Of a DNA stretch of 64,000 nt, positions 40,042 through 53,349 are shown piece by piece. A program made the position numbers and the translations under genes. Origin of the DNA: Octopus bimaculoides (lineage: Eukaryota); NCBI RefSeq assembly GCF_001194135.2, contig NC_068994.1, forward strand, positions 9,213,715 through 9,277,714. The letters run 5' to 3'. The notes under the pieces are model-generated. The model was not told the DNA's origin. It did not search any database and saw only the letters and a program-made list of their open reading frames with translations. How positions within the stretch are numbered: position 1 is the stretch's first letter; every line of letters begins with the position of its first letter.

Positions 40042-40403
40042 TAGGTAGAGTGCTGGCAGATTAGTTACCCCGACGAGGAAACCTTTTAGCGGTAAGTCAT
40101 ACGTTTTTGCGCTCCGAGTTCAATTAACTTTGCATTTCATAGAAACAGTTGAGCATCGGATTCGATATGATCGATTCATCCCTTACCCAGAAATTCCTGC
40201 ATTTGTCCCAAAATCTTAAACTAATATTAATATAATTTGAAAAAATACTTAGCTGGTGAACTGGCAATATCGTTAGCACGCCGGGCAAAATGCATAGCGA
40301 TATTTGTCCATCTTTACGCTTTGAGATAAAATTTCGCCTAGGTCGACTTTACCTTTCATCTTTTTCGGGTCGATAAATTAAGTATCGTTTGAGTGCTTGG
40401 GTC
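40042..40403 (+). mobile_element. Two tandem family B SINEs
   Basis: Heads at ~40042 and 40251 (ctggcaatatcgttagcacgccgggc...ggtcgactttacctttcatctttttcgggtcgataaattaagta). Confidence 0.8.
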
Positions 40404-40408
40404 TTATT

Positions 40409-40522
40409 GAGGTGCGTGGGTTAGGGTGCTGAACTTATGATCGTAAGATTGTGGTTTCGATTCCCGGACCAGGTTGACACGTTGTTTTCTTAAGCAAGAC
40501 ATTTTATTTCACGTTGCGTTCC
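40409..40522 (+). mobile_element. SINE family D-like 5' fragment
   Basis: gaggtgcgtgggttagggtgct...gatcgtaagattgtggtttcgattcccggacc...gcaagacattttatttcacgttgc. Confidence 0.8.
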
Positions 40523-41089
40523 ATTTAGGTGGGGGATTTATACGCCACGGAAACCTTATTTGTCGGTATGTCTCGAGAAGGTAAATGAACCTCTTAATTT
40601 TTTTAATACTGGGGCTCATGTTATTAACTTAGCTCCAACCCTGAAATTGTTGGCTTTGTGTGGATATATATATANNNNNNNNNNNNNNNNNNNNNNNNNN
40701 NNNNNNNNNNNNNNNNNNNNNNNNNNNNNNNNNNNNNNNNNNNNNNNNNNNNNNNNNNNNNNNNNNNNNNNNNNNNNNNNNNNNNNNNNNNNNNNNNNNN
40801 NNNNNNNNNNNNNNNNNNNNNNNNNNNNNNNNNNNNNNNNNNNNNNNNNNNNNNNNNNNNNNNNNNNNNNNNNNNNNNNNNNNNNNNNNNNNNNNNNNNN
40901 NNNNNNNNNNNNNNNNNNNNNNNNNNNNNNNNNNNNNNNNNNNNNNNNNNNNNNNNNNNNNNNATATGGGAGAATATACAAAAAATAACAACAGACGAGG
41001 ACAGGTGGTGTAAATAACAAAAGTATATATTAGTATGACGCTCGGGAATACGGAAAGTCTTTGACGTTTCGAGCTACGTACATGCATAT

Positions 41090-41300
41090 ATATATGCATG
41101 TACATATACATATGTGTATATATATATTTATACATACATATATATATATATTTATACATACATATATATATATATATACATACATACATATATATATTTA
41201 TACATACATATATATATATTTATACATACATGTATATATATATACAAACACTCACATATACATACACACATACACACACATACACACAGACACACATATA
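41090..41300. repeat. (TA)/(TACA)-derived compound minisatellite (~22-24 bp unit atatatatatttatacatacat)
   Basis: The unit recurs about four times between 41115 and 41232. Confidence 0.8.
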
Positions 41301-42324
41301 TATACACGTCTCTGTTGTAGATTATTCTTTATAAATAGAGTAATTGCGTTTAGTAATTTAGTATCTCGCCTTATATAGGCAGAAGAATGTATCACATTCA
41401 CTTCGAGCAATATTACTTAAACATTTTAATGAAAGAAGAAAGGAAAAAAAAAACATGAAGGGAAAACTTGATAAAAAGATTGAGATGAAAAATTTATTTT
41501 ATTTAATGTTCAGTAAACATTTATTTCTCATGACGAGACATATTGCTTCAGGTCAGGGAAATGGTCGGACTACACTGCCGCGCAATAAACTACTAGACGA
41601 CTTTGAAAATGGACTTTTCAAAAGATTAGAAAGCTGATGCTGATATCTTTAGAGCGCTTATAAATTTCTATGAGTACTTCTGAAGTATCTAAAATGCTTC
41701 TTGGAAAATGTTTGTACATGTCTGAAGAAAATATATTGCTATGAAATTGGAAATTTCCCATGATTTATGGTTGTTTTCAATCTCGTTAGATATACATTCT
41801 GAAAGCAGACACTAATTCTGAATTACTAAAAACACTCATGCATCACCTAATGAATTTAAAGTCGATTATCTTTAGGACCCCGTAAACTCCATATAACATT
41901 AAACTGACATAAAGATAATGTTTCTGTGAGCCCCACATTTAGGTATGATGATCCATTAAAAAGATAAGTAATATAACATGTAGAAAATTTCCACGTGATT
42001 ATCTTGAAAACTTTGGCTTCCTTTCATTCACATTATGTTCTGAGTTCAAATTTTGCCGGCGTCAAGTTTGTCTGTCACCATTTTGCATTCATGACAATGG
42101 CTTTTATACACTTGTGTCTTGGATATGAGTTTCTGCCTCGTAACATATCTTAGAGTATAACACGGTCATCTTCTGAGAAAAAAGCGAGCAAGTATCCGAG
42201 GGTATATTAAATAGAAAAAGTAGAACACTTAAACGGAAAGCAGATGAGACCTGTGTCACTTTCAGTCGATAGAATGGGATTTAACAATGGTTGTTGTAGT
42301 TATTTCGTCGGGAAAATAGATCGC

Positions 42325-42643
42325 AATCAATGTGACGGTTTAGTAGTCAAGCGTATTCGACTCGCGAACGGATTTTGATTTCGATTTCTCGAGTGCGTTG
42401 TGTTTATGAGCAAGAAGCTATTTTCCCGTTGCTCCAGTTCACTCAACTAGCAAACATATTTTGTGCCTGTAATTAAAAGAGCAGTTTTATCATAGTGTGT
42501 ATCACGCTGAATCTCCCTGGGGATTATGTGAAAGTCACGCGTATCTTTGGCATTTTCAACTACTTGAACATCAATTTCACGACCAGCCTGCTCCTTTAGT
42601 CGAATGGCCTACAATACTCGGCGTAGTAAACCGACAGAGTGCT
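42325..42643 (+). mobile_element. Degenerate full-length SINE, family D-like head with a different tail
   Basis: tRNA-like head, then gcgttgtgtttatgagcaag...gttgctccagttcactcaac, cacgctgaatctccctg and a terminal gtaaaccgacagagtgc. Confidence 0.75.
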
Positions 42644-44244
42644 CAGTTTACAACCGACAGGAATCTGACTCAAGTGTCCCGAGCTTCGCCTGCTGAAACG
42701 CATGAGACCTTCTGAAATGGAGAAAAACCTTTGATTTTTATATTTAAATATTTTGACTATAAGTTCCAAGCGAAACTTAATATAGATATTAAAAAAAGAA
42801 TGTTTAGACGTAACACTACATTTGTCCACCAACATGCATACGTTCATCCCATAAAACCAACTTCGAAACCATTTACATTAGTAAACATTCCAAACCAACT
42901 CAGAATGTATTCAGACACGTAATGGATAACGTAATTTTGTATATAACCTGCTTGCCCTTACATTGGCAATTTTCAACCGAGTAGCTTCACTCTATTATCA
43001 TAGCACACTTAAAAGGAGTGATTTTAGCTTTACTATTAGGAACATCCAATGCAATAATCTAAATCTGTCCACCAACATAGCTTCGGATTTGTTATTCCTA
43101 AATGTAAGTATTTCTCCATTTCGGCACAGATTAAGTAAACATTTCAATAACAATGCAGTTACGTTTAGTTGCGGTTAACTCAGAATTATAAGGATGGAGA
43201 TTCTAAGCCGAAATAATATAATTATATGTAGTACGTATACACAATTGTGTGTAGTTGGCAGTTTGATTCAAGGGTTGTATGTATACCAATGTGTCCGACC
43301 GTGAGTGTGCGTTAGGTCGCTTGCACATGTGTGTAAATGTATGTTAGCGATGCATCAGTTCATTGAAGGCCAATCGTATCACTTTCTTTCTGTGCAACCT
43401 CATAAACATACCCCTATCAATTTATACGATTGCTGGACCCCGATCTGCTTTACTGAATTGTTTCTCTTTCTTTGTTTCCTCCGTATTAGTCACCTTTTTC
43501 CTTTCTCTTTATCGCTGCTTTACTCTTTAGCCTTTTTCCTTTCCCTATATTTTCCCTTGTCTCCTTATTAAAATATCATGGATACATATATACGTAAACA
43601 TACACACATGCAAGCACATACACAGGTGTGCTTGCATGTATGTATGCAGGAATATATGTATGTGTGTATGTATATATGTGTTTATGTCTGTAAAATTTCC
43701 TAGAGAGAGGAAAGATAAACAGAAAAACATTATTGTTTGTTACTCCCTCCCCTCTCCCAACATTAGGAAAGCGAACATTTATTATGATGTCTACCGTGCG
43801 CCAAAAGATAAACAACGTTTTCTAAAACAACTGGAGCTCTTCTCTGTTTTTTTTGTTATTAGTATTACAATTGTAAGGATGCATAATTTTCTTTCAAATG
43901 CATGGACATAGAATATGGTCCTACCTGAGTGATTTCAATTTCATTTGATTCTCATTTGACATAGAATAACATTGGGGCTACTAATGGAAGAAATATGGAG
44001 CCATAAAGTCAAGTCGATAAATGTGGTACGTCTGCTCAACCAATTAGTTCGATTTGCATAAATAGCGGTCTGGTGTTGTTGATTTATTCAAATTGATTTA
44101 ATTACTTAATAATGCAGAAAGTAATCAAATGGTATTAATTTTCACCTTATACATATGTATGTGTGTACGCGTGTCTGTATGTCTGTATGTGTATGTATAT
44201 GTATGTATGTATGTATGTATGTATATATGTATGTATACTTACAT

Positions 44245-44307
<63 letters not shown>

Positions 44308-45808
44308 NNNNNNNNNNNNNNNNNNNNNNNNNNNNNNNNNNNNNNNNNNNNNNNNNNNNNNNNNNNATATATATGAAAATATGATGATCCATGTAAATTG
44401 AGTTTCCTTGTCTCGCTACAAGTGTTACCAATATTCTATAATATATGCAGCTGTACACATGTATATTTGACAGTATTTCCATATGTTACTGCAATTAATA
44501 TTCGTTTCTAATTTTGATACAAGACCATGTAAAATCGACTTAGACATGATAGTGCTAGAGGCCCAAAAAGAACGCTGCTAAACATTTTGCTGGATCTATT
44601 AATGATTTTGCAATCTCAACGCCGTAAATGATACTAAACAATAATAGTAATTATCTTTATAAACTTGAAGAGAATATTCGAGAGTATTCGATTGGAATTC
44701 TGCTCGAAGCAGATTGACACACATTCTGATAAAGAAGTCCGTTGTCATACACAATAGGGCATGGCAATGAAAAGAATTGTAATGATGCCAATTTTATAAT
44801 CAGAATCACCGAAACATTTTCTAGAGGATAGCTCTCCTCGATTGTGGAAAGTTATAAATGGATCAAAAACATGTTTAATATATCATGGAATTATGACAAT
44901 TAATGTTGGCTCCGAGTGGATTTGATCCCTGAAATTAAACGTTCGCAACTAAAAATCTTAGTGCATATTCTCCGGTGCTCTATCATTTCTTTCAATTTTA
45001 TATTATCGTCTACTATTTGAGATATTCGAATATTTTCGATAATTAACTCAATTCATATACATTAGTATTTTTTTTTTTGTCAATACGAACATAACTGTTA
45101 TTAATAATAATATGATCTTCGCTTTTGAAGTTTTATTTTCATTTTTGTCTTTATAGTTCAGTAAAGTGACTCTTTGCTCAAAAGCGAACGAATATTACCG
45201 ATATTGTATTATGTACTTGAACATTTAAATAACTTCGGCTGTATCTGATCAGACAACACGCAAAAGAAAAAAACATAAACGAAAACCAAAAGTATAAAAT
45301 AAATGTAGTTGTTATTTGAATAACGCACTTGGAATAATTATCTTCGATGTGTTATTAGAAAAATAAAATATGTTCAAAATAACTCAATAAAACTGTTTCC
45401 AGTATGAGACTGTGATTAGTTTAAGCGTGTATAATTGACACATAGACAAATGAAAATAGAGTTATTAGGTACCTATTCAAAGCGTAATTAATAAACATAT
45501 TGTCGGAAGGGAAATGATATTGCTTGAATACATAAGTTTCAAATGAAACATTACACCGAATTCGAAATGTATATTGAGAGTATATATGGAAAATATAACG
45601 ATCTTACTATCGAAATAAAATGCGAAAATTTATGACTTATCTCGAGATTTTTTACATATCAGTTTTAATTCCGAGAATGGATGTTCATTTCCCTATCTAA
45701 AAATAAAATCCTGAAAGTCACACAAAATCTGTTGCCTTTTATAATGGCCGTACAGTGAGTTTGTCTCAGTCCAGCAAGATGGTAGTATTTCGGTGCAATT
45801 CTGTATAG

Positions 45809-46012
45809 GTTCAGGATACTTTCATTCATTACTCCGTCATAATCACCGATCCTGGAGGCGATGTGAACGGATATTGCAAGAAATTCTCCACTGAGTTCTT
45901 TACCAGTGTTATTGATTCTCATGGGGTCGGATATATTTGCAGATTTTCAAACAAGATTTTAGAAAGTCGGACAAACATTGTGACTGGTATCAGAGCTAAA
46001 CTATCTATATAA
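45809..46012 (+). CDS. Candidate exon (possibly Ig-like domain) or pseudogene segment
   Basis: Acceptor caattctgtatag|GTT (AG 45807-08), then open frame VQDTFIHYSVIITDPGGDVNGYCKKFSTEFFTSVIDSHGVGYICRFSNKILESRTNIVTG with a possible donor ACTG|gtatca after 45986. The antisense frame in the same register is also open. Confidence 0.35.
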   Translation, partial: VQDTFIHYSVIITDPGGDVNGYCKKFSTEFFTSVIDSHGVGYICRFSNKILESRTNIVTGIRAKLSI

Positions 46013-46493
46013 GAAAACTTTAGGTAACCCATTGTCATCCACGTGTACCACATGACTGACTCATTTCCCGTTCAGTTTGAAAAGAAATTTCTCTTTGCTG
46101 AGAATTTCATATCATTACAGAGCCTAAACCAGACACATGTATTATAGGGATAGATAATAAAATGTTAGTTTAGTCAGCATTAATGCAATGTGAATAAGAA
46201 GTGCGTATTCACTTATCAGTTATAATCCAACAAAATAATACTGCGCAAAATTCTCATAGCTGACATGAAAGGCAATCAGCTTATAAAAACGAACAGATAA
46301 TAAACAGATAGCAAATTCTTCAGAATGTATTAACAAATTATAGCAAATAAAACATCGCCAAAAAAGAAACTGTGTCTCAGACAAATACAACAAAGAAAGT
46401 GCGCGCACACACACACACACAAACATACACACACTCAAACACACATACTCGCCAACACGCACATACAGACAATCATATATTATAATATAATAC

Positions 46494-46540
<47 letters not shown>

Positions 46541-47425
46541 NNNNNNNNNNNNNNNNNNNNNNNNNNNNNNNNNNNNNNNNNNNNNNNNNNNNNNNNNNNN
46601 NNNNNNNNNNNNNNNNNNNNNNNNNNNNNNNNNNNNNNNNNNNNNNNNNNNNNNNNNNNNNNNNNNNNNNNNNNNNNNNNNNNNNNNNNNNNNNNNNNNN
46701 NNNNNNNNNNNNNNNNNNNNNNNNNNNNNNNNNNNNNNNNNNNNNNNNNNNNNNNNNNNNNNNNNNNNNNNNNNNNNNNNNNNNNNNNNNNNNNNNNNNN
46801 NNNNNNNNNNNNNNNNNNNNNNNNNNNNNNNNNNNNNNNNNNNNNNNNNNNNNNNNNNNNNNNNNNNNNNNNNNNNNNNNNNNNNNNNNNNNNNTATATA
46901 TGTAATTTTCTTTTCAATATTAAAACATCTTCAGCATCAAAATATTCGTCGCATCTGCTTTGAGAGGAAACATTCGCATGAATATTTTTTCATACGTGAT
47001 ATTTATAAGAAAAAAATAGCTTTCGGAAATAATGAAAAATTGATAAAAATAACTAAGAGTGTAGTCGATCTCCATGTAGATTGGAGCGTGAAGTAATTAA
47101 TAGGTAACCCACAGAATATATCTATATCGAGGTAGGGACGATAAATATCAAATATCAAGTGAAATCACTCGAACTCAACAACGGTTCTAAGATTAATTGT
47201 AGATAGTTGTGTGCGTAAAATTTATAAAAAGTATTGGATGGAATAGATGGATATCATTAGAAATATATGTAAATGCAAATATGTACATATAAACACACGT
47301 TAAGTATATAAACTTAGACACGCGCGTGCACATACAAACACGCGTATATATAAATGTTTATATATATATATTTAAACTTCTGAATGTGCGTCATGCACAC
47401 AACACATATATCTATATATATCTAT

Positions 47426-47459
<34 letters not shown>

Positions 47460-47510
47460 TCATACTTAAATGCATACCTACACACACATACATATATATA
47501 TATACATATC

Positions 47511-47690
47511 TCTTTTACTCTTTTACTTGTTTCAGTCTTTTGACTGTGGCCATGCTGGAGCACCGCCTTTAGTCGAGCAAATCGACCCCAGGACTTATTC
47601 TTTGGAAGCCTAGTACTTATTCTATCGGTCTCTTTTGCCGAACCGCTAAGTTACGGGGACATAAACACACCAGCATCGGTTGTCAAGACA
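47511..47690 (-). mobile_element. SINE family C with CR1-like tail
   Basis: Reverse complement ...gtccccgtaacttagcggttcggcaaaagagaccgatagaataagtac...ctggggtcgatttgctcgactaaaggcggtgctccagcatggccacagtc..gactgaaacaagtaaaagag. Confidence 0.88.
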
Positions 47691-47730
47691 TACAAACACA
47701 TACACACATACATATATATATATACATATA

Positions 47731-47813
47731 TACGACAGGCTTCTTTCAGTTTCTGTCTACCAAATCCACTCACAAGGCTTTGGTCGGCCCGAGGCTATAG
47801 TAGAAGGCACTTG
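47731..47813 (-). mobile_element. SINE family A 3' half, runs into a gap
   Basis: acgacaggcttctttcagtttctgtctaccaaatccactcacaaggctttggtcggcccgaggctatag. Confidence 0.88.
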
Positions 47814-47927
47814 NNNNNNNNNNNNNNNNNNNNNNNNNNNNNNNNNNNNNNNNNNNNNNNNNNNNNNNNNNNNNNNNNNNNNNNNNNNNNNNNNNNNNNN
47901 NNNNNNNNNNNNNNNNNNNNNNNNNNT

Positions 47928-48200
47928 ATTTATTTATTTATTTATGGGTTTCAGCCAAGTGGCTGTGGTCATGCTGGAGCACCACCGTGACTTTCCGTCT
48001 TTATGCTGTGCTCTCTTCACGTTCCTTGCATGGCTCTTCTCCTCCTCCTGATATAGTCCAATCAAGAGTTTTGATGGCACATCTGGTGTTTAAGAGAATT
48101 TGACATCGCTGCCCTAAACTGTGTCTCATTTCGAGTCATTGGTTCGTCTGGTATCGTGGAGAGGAAAGCGTCGAATTTTGTCTTGAAGACCTCTATATCC
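47928..48200 (-). mobile_element. 5'-truncated CR1/L2-type LINE 3' end
   Basis: Minus frame DIEVFKTKFDAFLSTIPDEPMTRNETQFRAAMSNSLKHQMCHQNS* (48199-48062) is typical of the CR1-group ORF2 C-terminus (FK..LD.FL..IPDEP...A.SNSL..Q); followed by a 3' UTR and (TAAA)n tail. Confidence 0.85.
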
Positions 48201-48371
48201 ATATATATATATATATAACAACTTACCTACCTATCTACCTACCTACCTACCTGCATATATACATACATACATACCTATCAAGGGAATAACTGCAGGAAAC
48301 TGTTTCAAAAGCTTCAGCTTCTAATCCAGATTATGAATTGAACTTATTACGAGGACTAATTATAGCATAGA

Positions 48372-48490
48372 TGCCGACGAGCTGAGAGAATAGTTAACAC
48401 GCTCTAAGTTCACATTCCGCAGAGGCCAAGTTTGTCGGTTATCATTTCGGCGTCGATAAAATGAGTACACGTTATTCATTGGGGCTGAAG
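48372..48490 (+). mobile_element. Degenerate, internally deleted SINE family B
   Basis: gacgagctgagagaatagttaacacg..gttcacattccgcagagg...tttcggcgtcgataaaatgagtac. Confidence 0.6.
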
Positions 48491-48794
48491 ACAAATTTTG
48501 AAATAAATAACTGGTGCACATGATTAAGCCAACGTGAGAATAGGTAGGCTATTCTCACGTGAGATTAAGCTAAAGTAGCAAAGATGGGCTTTCCTCCCCA
48601 CAAGAGGCACATTGGAAATACCGACAATAAACAGAACAGTAAAACTGTAAATAGAATTTTCTCAAGTCGAGAATGTGACGTTGACGACGTCACCAATGTT
48701 CAAACGATGTAGTATTGTATCTCTGTTATAAACCAGCTCCAAAATATAAAAGATACAAAGCAGACATACATAGACACGCATATATTTGAATATA

Positions 48795-48839
<45 letters not shown>

Positions 48840-48872
48840 ATGTATATATATATATATATATATATACATACT

Positions 48873-48935
48873 CACGGTGGTGCACCAGCATGACCGCAGC
48901 CACTTAGCTGAAACACATAAATAAATAAAAAAAAA
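48873..48935 (+). mobile_element. Terminal ~60 bp of the same CR1-type LINE
   Basis: tcacggtggtgcaccagcatgaccgcagccacttagctgaaacacataaataaataa is nearly the reverse complement of 47930-47990. Confidence 0.85.
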
Positions 48936-50320
48936 TNNNNNNNNNNNNNNNNNNNNNNNNNNNNNNNNNNNNNNNNNNNNNNNNNNNNNNNNNNNNNNNN
49001 NNNNNNNNNNNNNNNNNNNNNNNNNNNNNNNNNNNNNNNNNNNNNNNNNNNNNNNNNNNNNNNNNNNNNNNNNNNNNNNNNNNNNNNNNNNNNNNNNNNN
49101 NNNNNNNNNNNNNNNNNNNNNNNNNNNNNNNNNNNNNNNNNNNNNNNNNNNNNNNNNNNNNNNNNNNNNNNNNNNNNNNNNNNNNNNNNNNNNNNNNNNN
49201 NNNNNNNNNNNNNNNNNNNNNNNNNNNNNNNNNNNNNNNNNNNNNNNNNNNNNNNNNNNNNNNNNNNNNNNNNNNNNNNNNNNNNNNNNNNNNNNNNNNN
49301 NNNNNNNNNNNNNNNNNNNNNNNNNNNNNNNNNNNNNNNNNNNNNNNNNNNNNNNNNNNNNNNNNNNNNNNNNNNNNNNNNNNNNNNNNNNNNNNNNNNN
49401 NNNNNNNNNNNNNNNNNNNNNNNNNNNNNNNNNNNNNNNNNNNNNNNNNNNNNNNNNNNNNNNNNNNNNNNNNNNNNNNNNNNNNNNNNNNNNNNNNNNN
49501 NNNNNNNNNNNNNNNNNNNNNNNACAGCAATTCCTCTGCATCCAGAAGCAATTTTGCTTGTAATTAAATAATATCCGAGATGTCTACAAGAATCAATTTC
49601 GTTTTCATCCTCAATAGATAAGATAGCAATTTCATTTCTTCAACTAATGTAAATGGTGATCGTTATTTTCATAAATATATACGCAGTGTTTAACAAAGAA
49701 GGAAATACAATTGAAATATTATTCACAAAATTAACTCTGAATACTCTTATTAAAATACATTTACAGAAGAGATTAAAACAGATATTGCATATATATTATT
49801 AGATTATATCAAGAATTTAGTTTGTGAACAGTTAAGGTATATTTTAACGTTTCTCAAATTGAGTTGAATGAATCGGTTCTTGAAATGAAAGAAAATGTAA
49901 TGTGAAATTTGTTTTGTTGTCACATGTTCACATATGTTTCTTTTTCTAGTGCGAGTGTCTGTGAGTGTGTAGGCATACACACATTCTCACACACACGCAC
50001 GCTCACACATGTATATATAATATATATGGCAGTGTATGTGCGTGTGTTCATACAAAAACAGACACATGTACAAACGTATATAGATATTTGTTTTTCGTTT
50101 ATTTCTGTCACTGAATTGTGGTCAAGATGTGGTATGTTTTCCTGTCATATTTCTCAAACGGGACGCTCCAGGAATTTATTCTTAAGTCTAGTAAAGATAA
50201 TAGCCGGTCTTATGCCGGTGATCAGGAACTCGTTCATATGCCACTGATCGGCGCGAGGGTACAAGAAAAACACAGTGCGACAAGAATCCTCAGAATGGGC
50301 CCGTATCTGGAACTACTATG

Positions 50321-50485
50321 CCACAGGAGTGGCTCTGTGGTAAGTAGCTTACTTACCAGCCACATGGTTCCGGGTTTAGTCCCACTGCGCGGCACCTTCG
50401 GCAAGTGTTTTCTACTATAGCCTCGGGCTGACCAAAGCCATGTGAGTGGATTTGGTAGACGGAAACTGAAAGAAGCCCGTCGTAT
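50321..50485 (+). mobile_element. SINE family A, full length
   Basis: caggagtggctctgtggtaagtagcttacttaccagccacatggttccgggtttagtccc...gaaagaagcccgtcgtata. Confidence 0.92.
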
Positions 50486-51089
50486 ACATGTATTATTCTA
50501 CTTGTTGTACTGATTATGTACAACTATTATTTTTGATAAACTGTTTTCAAAATTCTAATTATTAATAGTTAAAAAAAAATAAATTAAGTTCAAATCCTGC
50601 ATATGTAAATTTTCTTTTTCCTTCTTTCAGTGTTAAGAACAAAAAATAAAGTTTGATGGACAAATTTATTCGACAACACTTGTCATTTCCATACGGGTAT
50701 AATAATGGTAGAATTAAAAGTTGTTTCTTATAATTCCCAACGAAGAAACAATGAGAGCCCTCAATTTAAGAATACCACACTAGGAAGAGGTATGAATAAA
50801 TAGTTCTATTTACTGCTACTCAGATTTTGAATAATACTTGGAGCACACTGTGTACAGAAAGAAAGAAATATTCAGAAAACTTCATTTCGTTCCTCGTGTA
50901 GTTAATTCTACCATAAATCGGAAATCACTAATCATTCAGATCACAGATGCAGGAGGAATCAAGTTTGGCTTAAACCCATCTTAATTTGAATAGAACAAGT
51001 CTAAAATAGACATCGGTGGTTGTCACATTTAATGAAAACTGTTTTTCATTTAGATTGACGTTTCATATGTAATATAAAGTACATTTGAA

Positions 51090-51520
51090 GGCGGTGAGCT
51101 GGCAGAAATGTTAGTACGCCGGGCGAAATGCTTAGCGGTATTTCGTCTGCCGCTGCGTTCTGAGTTCAAATTCCGCCGAGGTCGACTTTGCGTTGCATTC
51201 TTTCGGGGTCGATTAAATAAGTACCAGGCATTTGGGTCGATATAATCGACCTAATCTGTTTGTCTGTCCTTGTTTGTCCCCTCTGTGTGCAGCCCCTTGT
51301 GGGCAATAAAGAAATAAGAAACTTTAGCATGCCTGTCGAAATGTTAAGCAGTATATCGTCAGTCTTTACGTTCTAAGTTCATATTCCGCTGAGGTCGACT
51401 TTGCCTTTCATCCTTTCTGAGTCGAAAAATTAAGTACAAGTTGCGTACTGTGGTCGATGTAATCGACTGGCCCCCTCCCCAGAAATTTCGGGCCTTGTGT
51501 CTAGAGTAGAAAAGAATATA
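51090..51520 (+). mobile_element. Head-to-tail SINE family B dimer (tail type 1, then tail type 2)
   Basis: Monomer 1 (51090-51315): A box agctggcagaa, B box gagttcaaattcc, core ggtcgactttgc...ggggtcgat. Monomer 2 (51316-51520) ends ggccccctccccagaaatttcgggccttgtgtctagagtagaaaag. Confidence 0.92.
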
Positions 51521-52485
51521 AAGTACTTTTAAATATTCACCTCCTTCACGTAGTTCATTCTTTAAATGCAATACATGCACATTTTAACCATACGTGAATT
51601 ACTGTACTTCCTTTCTGCCTTTGGTAAAACACATTTGTGAAGTTTCCGCGCTTGTTTACTTTGTTACACATTAGAATTAGCAATTGAAATCATGCACGGC
51701 TTGTTTCGAAAAAACGCTAAGAATGTTCTCTAAAGATGATAAACGCTAACAGAAAACTTTAAAATTGGCTTCAACACTGAGCAATGATTAACGAGATCAA
51801 TCCTTAACGTATTGTAATGTATCGAGTACTCATGCTTTTTATTATAAGATTTTTCTGACACATAATTGGCAATAACTCAGTTTCGTCAAGAGTTCAACAC
51901 ATTATAAAAAGGTATATTTGACACTGTTGAGAAATTAAAGATATTTACGACAAATTTTATGTTCTGTCGAAAAGGAATGAAACACGTTTCTCCTTATGTA
52001 AAAAATAAAACTGCAACCTCAAGAATATAATTATGTTAAATAAATACAAGAATATCTGCCATCTATAAAATACATCCAGCGTCCCCGAACCCAAACAAAA
52101 CATAGTAACGGGAAGAGATGAATTCTGAAATTGCACTATAATCTCTAAAGTAGATTTTGCCAGAAATAACGATACTATTATTCAACAATAAATAAGGGTT
52201 TTGAAAGGTGAATTTCTTCTTTACTAATATTAGTATTGGAATTGATCTTATCCTATAAATCATAGAATTTCATTGGATATGATGGAAGCTTTACACTGAT
52301 TCTTACTGTAATCTTCTGTAATTATCGTTGGCTTCTTCGAGGTTCTGAAGTAGATAGTTTGTGATGCTCTCAGTATTTACGATTGATCGATATGATTTAC
52401 ATTGCATTATACATTTCACAGTTATCAAATTTACAGTATAACGTCAAACGTTGCTCTCCTCCAGAATTAATGTTAAGGCTCCGGA

Positions 52486-52680
52486 AGGCTGCGAACTGGC
52501 AGAATCCTTCGAACGTTTTGCAAAAGGTTTTCTGTTCTGAGTTCAAATGCCGCCGAATTCGTCTTGCCTATCACTCTTTCGGGGTCGATAAAAATAATCA
52601 GCAGTTGAATACTGGGGTCGTTGTAATCGATTTATCCCCGCACACAAAAATGCTGGCCTTGTGCCAAAACTTGAAACCAC
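52486..52680 (+). mobile_element. SINE family B, tail type 2
   Basis: ggctgcgaactggcagaatc...gagttcaaatgccgccga...tttcggggtcgataaa...ggccttgtgccaaaacttgaaacc. Confidence 0.85.
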
Positions 52681-53313
52681 TATCAGGACACGCTGAGTAG
52701 GCGAGATTTTAATTACTACACAGGTAAATATATGCTTGTAGGGTGCCTGATATTTAGCTGATGAATGCACAACACGTTTACAAATTCTGATAGAGAGGTG
52801 CAGTTTCTTTGAATGAATCGCGGATTGAAACAATCTTATACATCACGTTTGGTAAAAGTTTTTTCTCTAGCATCTCAGTGCTATCAGTCTCTATCATTCA
52901 TTAACAATTTGTCCGAGTTATCTAAGATATAAGAATATATTTAGGAGACGGAAACTATAAATGTGTTTGTAAATAAACCTCTCTGACATAAGCTGATATA
53001 TAATTCACAGTTGACATTATATGCGAAATACGCCACTGGTTGAACTTCTTAATATAGTACCAGCCATAATTATTGAAATGGACGAAATGAGTGTGTGATA
53101 TTCGTGCTTGATGCACTCATTTGGATATTATGGTTGTAAAGTGACTGTATTAAGCATTTTTTTTTTGTGTGTTATAGATTCAGAAGTGATTTCTTCTCAG
53201 TTGAAGAATCAATTGTATTTAGAATAACAAATTACTCTACAACATAGTTTGCTCTTTTCTTCCAATATATAACAAACAATTTCATTACTGGGCAACGCCA
53301 CGTGCTTCTGCTA

Positions 53314-53349
<36 letters not shown>

